In this document: piece after piece, positions 9,090 to 14,307 of the stretch
How the letters are laid out: every line of letters starts with the position of its first letter
Numbering within the stretch: the first letter of the stretch is position 1
Assembly (NCBI GenBank): GCA_037442825.1
Contig: JBBIPN010000032.1
Span: 1 to 14,307 of the forward strand
DNA length: 14,307 nt
Source: Sulfurihydrogenibium sp.
Lineage (GTDB): Bacteria; Aquificota; Aquificia; Aquificales; Hydrogenothermaceae
Direction of reading: 5' to 3'
Position numbers and translations under genes: made by a program
The notes under the pieces: model-generated
Told to the model about the DNA's origin: nothing
The model's database searches: none
Seen by the model: the letters and a program-made list of their open reading frames with translations, nothing else

Positions 9090-9755
9090 ATGAAAAGACC
9101 ATATATAATTATTCTTTCAGAAGTTACAGTAGATGGGAAACTTACAATTTCAAAAGGTATCTCATCAAAAGAGATAATGAAGTTTATGGATGAAGAAGCA
9201 AATAGATACCTTCATGAAACAAGGGCAAAAGTAGACGGTATTATGGTTGGAGCAGAAACAATAAGAACAGACAATCCTTATTTAACAGTTAGATACGTTA
9301 AAGGTAAAAATCCAACAAGGGTAATACCAACAGTAACAGCTAATATACCATTAGATTCTAACATTTTAAAAAAAGATGCCCCAACAATAATAGTCACTAC
9401 AGAATCAGCTCCTGAAGAAAATGTTAAAGCTCTGTCAGAACTTGTAGAAGTTGTTAAAATAGGAAAAGATAAGCTTGACTTTATTAAGATGATGGAATTC
9501 CTTTACAGTAGAGGTATACATAATTTAATGGTAGAAGGTGGATCTACGCTAAACTGGCATCTTATAAATATTGGCCTTGTTGATGAGATAAGAATAATAC
9601 ATATGCCATTTATTGTAGGTGGAACAGATACACCAACATTAGTTGGTGGAGAAGGTTTTAAATCATTAGATGAAATTGTGAGACTAAAATTAAGAGCACA
9701 CTTTATAAGAGGCTCCCATTTAATTACAGAATGGGAGGTTAAATATGAAAGTTAA
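9090..9755 (+). CDS. Stand-alone RibD C-terminal (Rib7/ArfC/RibD2-like) ribosylamino reductase
   Basis: TVDGK, LHETRAKVDGIMVG-x2-T-x3-DNPYLTVR, LMVEGGSTLN, LVDE, PFIVGG. No N-terminal deaminase domain. RBS AGAGGA. Confidence 0.88.
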   Translation: MKRPYIIILSEVTVDGKLTISKGISSKEIMKFMDEEANRYLHETRAKVDGIMVGAETIRTDNPYLTVRYVKGKNPTRVIPTVTANIPLDSNILKKDAPTIIVTTESAPEENVKALSELVEVVKIGKDKLDFIKMMEFLYSRGIHNLMVEGGSTLNWHLINIGLVDEIRIIHMPFIVGGTDTPTLVGGEGFKSLDEIVRLKLRAHFIRGSHLITEWEVKYES

Positions 9756-9987
9756 AATACTATACTTTTCTCAAATAAAAGATAGATTAAAGAAAAGTGA
9801 AGAAACTATAGAGTTTAATGGAGAAACAATAGAAGATTTATTAAACTTCCTATCTGAAATTTATCCAGGGTCAAAGGAGATACTAAATAAATCAATGGTT
9901 GCAGTAAATGAAAACTACGAAGATAAAAGTTATACCTTAAAAGAAGGTGATACTGTTGCCATCATCCCTCCAGTAAGTGGTGGATAA
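9745..9987 (+). CDS. moaD: Molybdopterin synthase sulfur carrier subunit (MoaD/ThiS family)
   Basis: 80 aa; VKILYF, VAVN, EGDTVAIIPPVSGG C-terminal Gly-Gly; RBS GGAGG. Confidence 0.9.
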   Translation: MKVKILYFSQIKDRLKKSEETIEFNGETIEDLLNFLSEIYPGSKEILNKSMVAVNENYEDKSYTLKEGDTVAIIPPVSGG

Positions 9988-10079
9988 GCTATTTTTTCAT
10001 AATTTAATCTTAAATATCCTTTAATATAACTTAGGAATTATTTATATCGAAAATCCAAAAAGATTTTAAAGGAGTTAAG

Positions 10080-10625
10080 ATGAAAGCAGTGTTTTTAGAT
10101 AGAGACGGGGTTATTAATATTGACAAAGGTTATGTACATAAAATTAAAGATTTTGAATTTTACCCAAATGTATTTAAAGCATTAAAAAAACTTCAAGATG
10201 CAGGATTTAAACTTTTTATAGTGACAAATCAATCTGGAATTGCTGTTGGATACTATACAGAAGAAGATTTTTTTACATTAACAAATTGGATGTTAAGCCA
10301 GTTTGAAAAAGAAGGAATAAAGATAGAAAAAGTATACTACTGTCCACATCACGAAGGTGGAATAGTTGAAAAATATTCATTTAAATGTGATTGTAGAAAG
10401 CCAGAAAGTGGTATGATCAAACAAGCAATATCAGAGTACAATATAGACCCAAAACAATCTTTTTTAATAGGAGATAAAGAGAATGACATATTAGCTGCAC
10501 ATAAGGAAGGTATAAAAGCAGCTTTAGTAAAAACAGGACAAGGTATAAAGTACGTAGAAAATACTACTGCTGATTTTATAGGTGAAGATATATTAGACGT
10601 AGTGGAAAATTTTATTATGGTATAA
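10080..10625 (+). CDS. gmhB: D-glycero-beta-D-manno-heptose 1,7-bisphosphate 7-phosphatase (HAD)
   Basis: FLDRDGVIN, VTNQSGI, zinc-binding CPH...CDCRKP, IGDKEND. Confidence 0.88.
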   Translation: MKAVFLDRDGVINIDKGYVHKIKDFEFYPNVFKALKKLQDAGFKLFIVTNQSGIAVGYYTEEDFFTLTNWMLSQFEKEGIKIEKVYYCPHHEGGIVEKYSFKCDCRKPESGMIKQAISEYNIDPKQSFLIGDKENDILAAHKEGIKAALVKTGQGIKYVENTTADFIGEDILDVVENFIMV

Positions 10626-10626
10626 T
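10618..10626 (+). promoter_or_regulatory. Extended -10 promoter element for the rplS operon, overlapping the gmhB stop
   Basis: TGGTATAAT is a perfect TGnTATAAT; RBS GGAGG lies upstream of ATG 10659. Confidence 0.6.
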
Positions 10627-10658
10627 ATTTTTTTCAAATTTCACAGTGGAGGAAGATA

Positions 10659-11060
10659 ATGAACCAATTAATAAGAGAGATTGAACAAAAGTATTTACCT
10701 GAAGATATTCCAGAGTTTAGACCTGGAGATACTGTCAGATTACACTTAAAAGTTAAAGAAGGTGAAAAAGAAAGAACACAAATTTTTGAAGGATTGGTTA
10801 TAAGAGTAAGAGGAAGTGGGTTAGGTAAAACATTCACTGTAAGAAAAGTATCTTATGGTGTAGGAATGGAAAGAATTTTTCCTATAGCTTGCCCTTCTAT
10901 CCAAAAAATAGAAGTAGTAAAACGTGGTATCGTAAGAAGAGCAAAACTTTACTACATTAGAAATCTAAAAGGTAAAGCAGCTAAAATTAGAGAACTTAAA
11001 GAATGGGAAATCAAAAAAAGAGCTGCTGAATCACAAGCTTCTAAAGAAAATAATGGATAG
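10659..11060 (+). CDS. rplS: 50S ribosomal protein L19
   Basis: [43 protein letters not shown]. Confidence 0.98.
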   Translation: MNQLIREIEQKYLPEDIPEFRPGDTVRLHLKVKEGEKERTQIFEGLVIRVRGSGLGKTFTVRKVSYGVGMERIFPIACPSIQKIEVVKRGIVRRAKLYYIRNLKGKAAKIRELKEWEIKKRAAESQASKENNG

Positions 11061-11646
11061 TCTTGAAAAAGAATTATATAAAAAAGGATTTAACCTTATA
11101 GTAGGTATTGATGAAGCTGGAAGGGGTCCTATCGCTGGTCCCCTTATCATAGCTTCTGTTATATTCAAAAAAAACCAAAAACCTTTTATCTATGCAGATT
11201 CAAAAAAATTAACAGAAAGAAAAAGAGAATACTTTTACAATCAAATATTGGACAATGCTGAAGAAGTAAATATTGTCATTGTTGAAAATACGGAAATAGA
11301 TGAAAAGGGAATATCAAAAGCTGTAAAAGAAGGTATAGAAGAAAATTTATCTAAACTTAAATCAAACTGGGATGCAGCAATAATAGATTATGTAAAAATC
11401 AATAATAGTTCAAATATAATCTCGATAAAAAAAGCAGATGAAATATCTCATACTGTAGCAGCAGCAAGCATAGTAGCAAAAGTTACAAGAGATAGGATAA
11501 TGAAAAAATATAAAGATATTTATCCATCCTTTTCTTTTGATGTTCATAAAGGTTATCCAACAATACAACATTACCAAGAGATAGAAAAATATGGAATAAC
11601 ACCCATTCATAGAAAAAGCTTTAATTTAAGGGTAAAACATGATTAA
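11053..11646 (+). CDS. rnhB: Ribonuclease HII
   Basis: [41 protein letters not shown]; the usual rplS-rnhB order. Confidence 0.95.
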   Translation: MDSLEKELYKKGFNLIVGIDEAGRGPIAGPLIIASVIFKKNQKPFIYADSKKLTERKREYFYNQILDNAEEVNIVIVENTEIDEKGISKAVKEGIEENLSKLKSNWDAAIIDYVKINNSSNIISIKKADEISHTVAAASIVAKVTRDRIMKKYKDIYPSFSFDVHKGYPTIQHYQEIEKYGITPIHRKSFNLRVKHD

Positions 11647-12646
11647 AGAAATCATAAAAAAACTTACTGAAAGACAAAACTTAGACGAAAAAGAAGTAGA
11701 ATATCTTTTCAACAACATAATGGAAGGTAACCTTACAGATGCCCAGATAGGTGCAGCCCTAATTGCCCTTAAGATGAAGGGGGAAACAGTTTCAGAGATA
11801 TCTACAGCCAGTAAAATAATGAGAGAAAAAGCTATAAAGATAAATGTAAAAGATAAATCAAACCTTATAGATACATGTGGAACTGGTGGCGATAAAGTAG
11901 ATACATTTAACGTTTCCACTATATCTGCTTTTGTAGTTGCTGGATGTGGTGTTAAAGTAGCAAAACATGGGAATAGGTCTGTATCATCTAAATGTGGTAG
12001 TGCTGATTTAATGGAAGCTCTTGGTGTTAAAATCGAACGTTCTCCAGAAGAAGTAGAAAAACAGATAGAGGAGATAGGTTTAGGATTTATATTTGCTCCA
12101 GTTTTCCATCCAGCAATGAAAAATGTCATAAGACAAAGAAGGGAGATAGGTGTTAGAACAATTTTTAATATTTTAGGACCTTTGTCAAATCCAACAGAAG
12201 CAGATTATCAACTTATAGGTGTGTACGATAAAAACCTTGTAGAACCTATAGCAAATGTTTTAAAAAATCTTGGGTTAAAAAAAGCTTTTGTCGTTCATGG
12301 ATTGGAAGGTTTAGATGAGGTGTCAATAACATCTGAAACGCTTGTTGGTGAGTTGGATAATGGTAAAGTTAAAATGTATACAGTTAAACCTGAAGATTTT
12401 GGTTTAAAAAAAGCTTGTCTTAAAGATATTGAAGGTGGAGATATAAACGAAAATAAAGAGATAGCGCTAAAAATACTTAAAGGGGAAGACTTTTCTCCTA
12501 AAACAGATTTTGTAGCTCTAAATGTAGCTTTCGCGTTAAAAGCTGTAAATAAAGTTTCTAATATAAAAGAAGGTATAGAGTTAGCTAAAGAATCTATTTA
12601 TACTAAAAAAGGTTTTGAAATTTTAGAGAAATTAAGAAACTTTTAA
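11639..12646 (+). CDS. trpD: Anthranilate phosphoribosyltransferase
   Basis: [48 protein letters not shown]. Confidence 0.97.
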   Translation: MIKEIIKKLTERQNLDEKEVEYLFNNIMEGNLTDAQIGAALIALKMKGETVSEISTASKIMREKAIKINVKDKSNLIDTCGTGGDKVDTFNVSTISAFVVAGCGVKVAKHGNRSVSSKCGSADLMEALGVKIERSPEEVEKQIEEIGLGFIFAPVFHPAMKNVIRQRREIGVRTIFNILGPLSNPTEADYQLIGVYDKNLVEPIANVLKNLGLKKAFVVHGLEGLDEVSITSETLVGELDNGKVKMYTVKPEDFGLKKACLKDIEGGDINENKEIALKILKGEDFSPKTDFVALNVAFALKAVNKVSNIKEGIELAKESIYTKKGFEILEKLRNF

Positions 12647-12659
12647 AAGGGGGTTGTTT

Positions 12660-13436
12660 ATGATATTAGAAGGTAAACTTGCATTTATAACTGGAGGAAG
12701 TAGAGGGATAGGTAGAGCTATCGCTTTAAAATTGGCTTCTATGGGGGCAGATGTAATTATAAACTACTACAAAAATAAAGAAAAAGCAGAAGAAGTTGCC
12801 CAAGAAATAGAAAAATTAGGTAGGAAAGCTTACACAATACAAGGTGACTTTGGTTTAAAAGAAGATATAGATAGGGTTTTTGATAAAATTACAGAAAAAT
12901 TTGGTTATCTAGACATATTTGTAAGTAATGCAGTAGCTTCTGGTAGAGAAGTTGTTGGTGGCTTTGCACCATTTTTAAGACTAAAAGAAAAAGGTACTTT
13001 AAGAATTTACAACATCACAACATTTGGTTTCATATGGTCATCCCAAAGAGCAGTAAAATTGATGGAAGGAAGAGAAGGTAAAATAATAGCTATCTCATCT
13101 ACTGGAACAAAAGATTACATGCCAAACTATTCAATACATGGTTCAGCAAAAGCTGCATTGGAAACGCTAGTGAGGTATTTGGCTGTAGAAGTAGGACCAT
13201 TAGGAATAAATGTAAACTGTGTATCAGGTGGACCTATAGATACTGAAGCAATTCAGCTTTTCCCTAACTATGAAGAAGTAAAACAAGGAACTATAAAACT
13301 TACACCACTTGGAAGAATGGGGCAACCAGACGATATTGCAGGTGTTGTAGGATTTCTATGTACACCAGATGCAAAATGGATACAAGGTCAAACTATAATT
13401 GTAGATGGCGGTCTTTCCTTAGTAAGAGGTCGTTAG
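12660..13436 (+). CDS. SDR oxidoreductase, probably a FabL-like enoyl-ACP reductase
   Basis: TGGSRGIG, VSNA, catalytic Y-x6-K (YSIHGSAK), SGGPIDTEA, TPLGRMG. ATG 12660 with RBS AAGGGGG is preferred over TTG 12654. Confidence 0.75.
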   Translation: MILEGKLAFITGGSRGIGRAIALKLASMGADVIINYYKNKEKAEEVAQEIEKLGRKAYTIQGDFGLKEDIDRVFDKITEKFGYLDIFVSNAVASGREVVGGFAPFLRLKEKGTLRIYNITTFGFIWSSQRAVKLMEGREGKIIAISSTGTKDYMPNYSIHGSAKAALETLVRYLAVEVGPLGINVNCVSGGPIDTEAIQLFPNYEEVKQGTIKLTPLGRMGQPDDIAGVVGFLCTPDAKWIQGQTIIVDGGLSLVRGR

Positions 13437-13918
13437 TTATAAAACATATTTTTTTCAGAGATTTGTGTGAGGTATCCAAAAAACATGGATGCCTCTTTTA
13501 AGTTATCTGCAATATCTAAAGAATAAGATTTCAAAGTAGATAAATTATCCTTTAAATTTTCTATCTCTAACATATTTTGAGCCAAAAAGTCAACTATATC
13601 TCTATTGTGAATTTTAAAATTCTCTGGAAATAGAGAAGTATATATCTCTAAGGATGGTAATGTAAATATTATCCAACCAAGGGTAGATAGAGAGATATCG
13701 CAAATTTCGTCTATCTTTTTTTTATTATCTATTTCAAATATCTTGTATAGTATATTTGAAATTTTTCTTAAGCTTTCTGAAAAATTCCTAAAAATAAAAA
13801 TAGAATCTTGAGGAGAAAGGACATCTTTTTCCTTTATAAGACTATCTACTTTCTTCTGCTTAAAATATATAAATGATTCAACTTCATATATCATATAATC
13901 TAAAAGTTCTTCCTTCAT
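13433..13918 (-). CDS. Hypothetical protein (acidic, probably helical and cytoplasmic)
   Basis: 161-aa ORF; ATGA overlap with fliA; GAGGTG RBS-like sequence within the end of fliA. No family recognised. Confidence 0.75.
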   Translation of the reverse strand: MKEELLDYMIYEVESFIYFKQKKVDSLIKEKDVLSPQDSIFIFRNFSESLRKISNILYKIFEIDNKKKIDEICDISLSTLGWIIFTLPSLEIYTSLFPENFKIHNRDIVDFLAQNMLEIENLKDNLSTLKSYSLDIADNLKEASMFFGYLTQISEKNMFYN

Positions 13919-14307
13919 TTCACCTCTAAATACTTTGATATTAAATTTTTTATCTTTAACATTGTTTTTGTATGTATTTGTGAAACTCTTGACTCTGTTA
14001 AACCTAACACTTCACCTATTTCTTTCATATTTAAATCTTCATAGTAGTACAAAGTTATTACTAACCTTTCTCTCTCATCAAGTTCATTTAATATTATATC
14101 AGAAAGAATTTCTTTCAACTCTTTTTCTTCTATATACTTTTCAGGTGTATCGTCACATACAGCTACAACTTCCCATAAATGAGTAGAATCATCATCAGAA
14201 TCAGATATTTCACTATCTAATGAAACCAATATCTTATTTACAGCACTTTCTGCATACTTAATATATTCATCTACATCCATACCTATCTCTTTTGCTATTT
14301 CTTCAGC
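13915..14307 (-). CDS. fliA: RNA polymerase sigma-28 (FliA/WhiG family), 5' part outside the window
   Basis: Frame open to the window edge (AEEIAKEIGMDVDEY...VSLD); region 4 LDERERLVITLYYYEDLNMKEIGEVLGLTESRVSQIH. Confidence 0.92.
   Translation of the reverse strand, partial: AEEIAKEIGMDVDEYIKYAESAVNKILVSLDSEISDSDDDSTHLWEVVAVCDDTPEKYIEEKELKEILSDIILNELDERERLVITLYYYEDLNMKEIGEVLGLTESRVSQIHTKTMLKIKNLISKYLEVK

Noticed and set aside
9988..10079. Weak inverted repeats (AAAATC-N6-GATTTT at 10050-10067) as a terminator, riboswitch or sRNA
   Set aside because: Short AT-rich stems are expected by chance; no GC-rich stem or recognisable riboswitch motif.
10080..10625. GmhB as the phosphatase of the proposed aminopentanetetrol lipid pathway
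   Set aside because: It has canonical GmhB motifs, is soluble and is separated by a 92-bp gap. LPS heptose synthesis explains it adequately.
10634..10837. 67-aa minus-strand ORF
   Set aside because: Antisense shadow of rplS.
11410..12129. Minus-strand ORFs 11410-11610 (Cys/Phe-rich) and 11626-12129
   Set aside because: Antisense shadows of rnhB and trpD; their composition reflects the A-rich sense strand.
11639..12646. trpD separated from other trp genes as evidence of horizontal transfer
   Set aside because: Scattered biosynthetic genes are normal in Aquificota, and there is no visible compositional shift or mobility signature.
13935..14186. 83-aa Leu-rich plus-strand ORF
   Set aside because: Antisense shadow of fliA.

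Overview
AT-rich, gene-dense bacterial chromosomal window. Gene content and the scattered pathway genes suggest Aquificota (Hydrogenothermaceae/Sulfurihydrogenibium-like); this is inference, not a database result. The + strand carries, in order: a 5'-truncated membrane polyferredoxin, exbB-exbD-tonB-rnhA-radA, ilvB-ilvN-(exported hypothetical)-ilvC, a CDP-alcohol phosphotransferase, a stand-alone RibD_C/Rib7-like reductase, moaD, gmhB, rplS-rnhB-trpD and a FabL-like SDR. On the - strand are a hypothetical gene and the 3' part of fliA. I saw no RNA genes, mobile elements or CRISPR arrays. The most interesting signal is the tightly linked CDP-alcohol phosphotransferase plus divergent ribosylamino reductase pair (8450-9755). 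I propose it as a candidate pathway for aminopentanetetrol (ribitylamine-like) phospholipid head groups, which are known from Aquificales and Methanomicrobiales.
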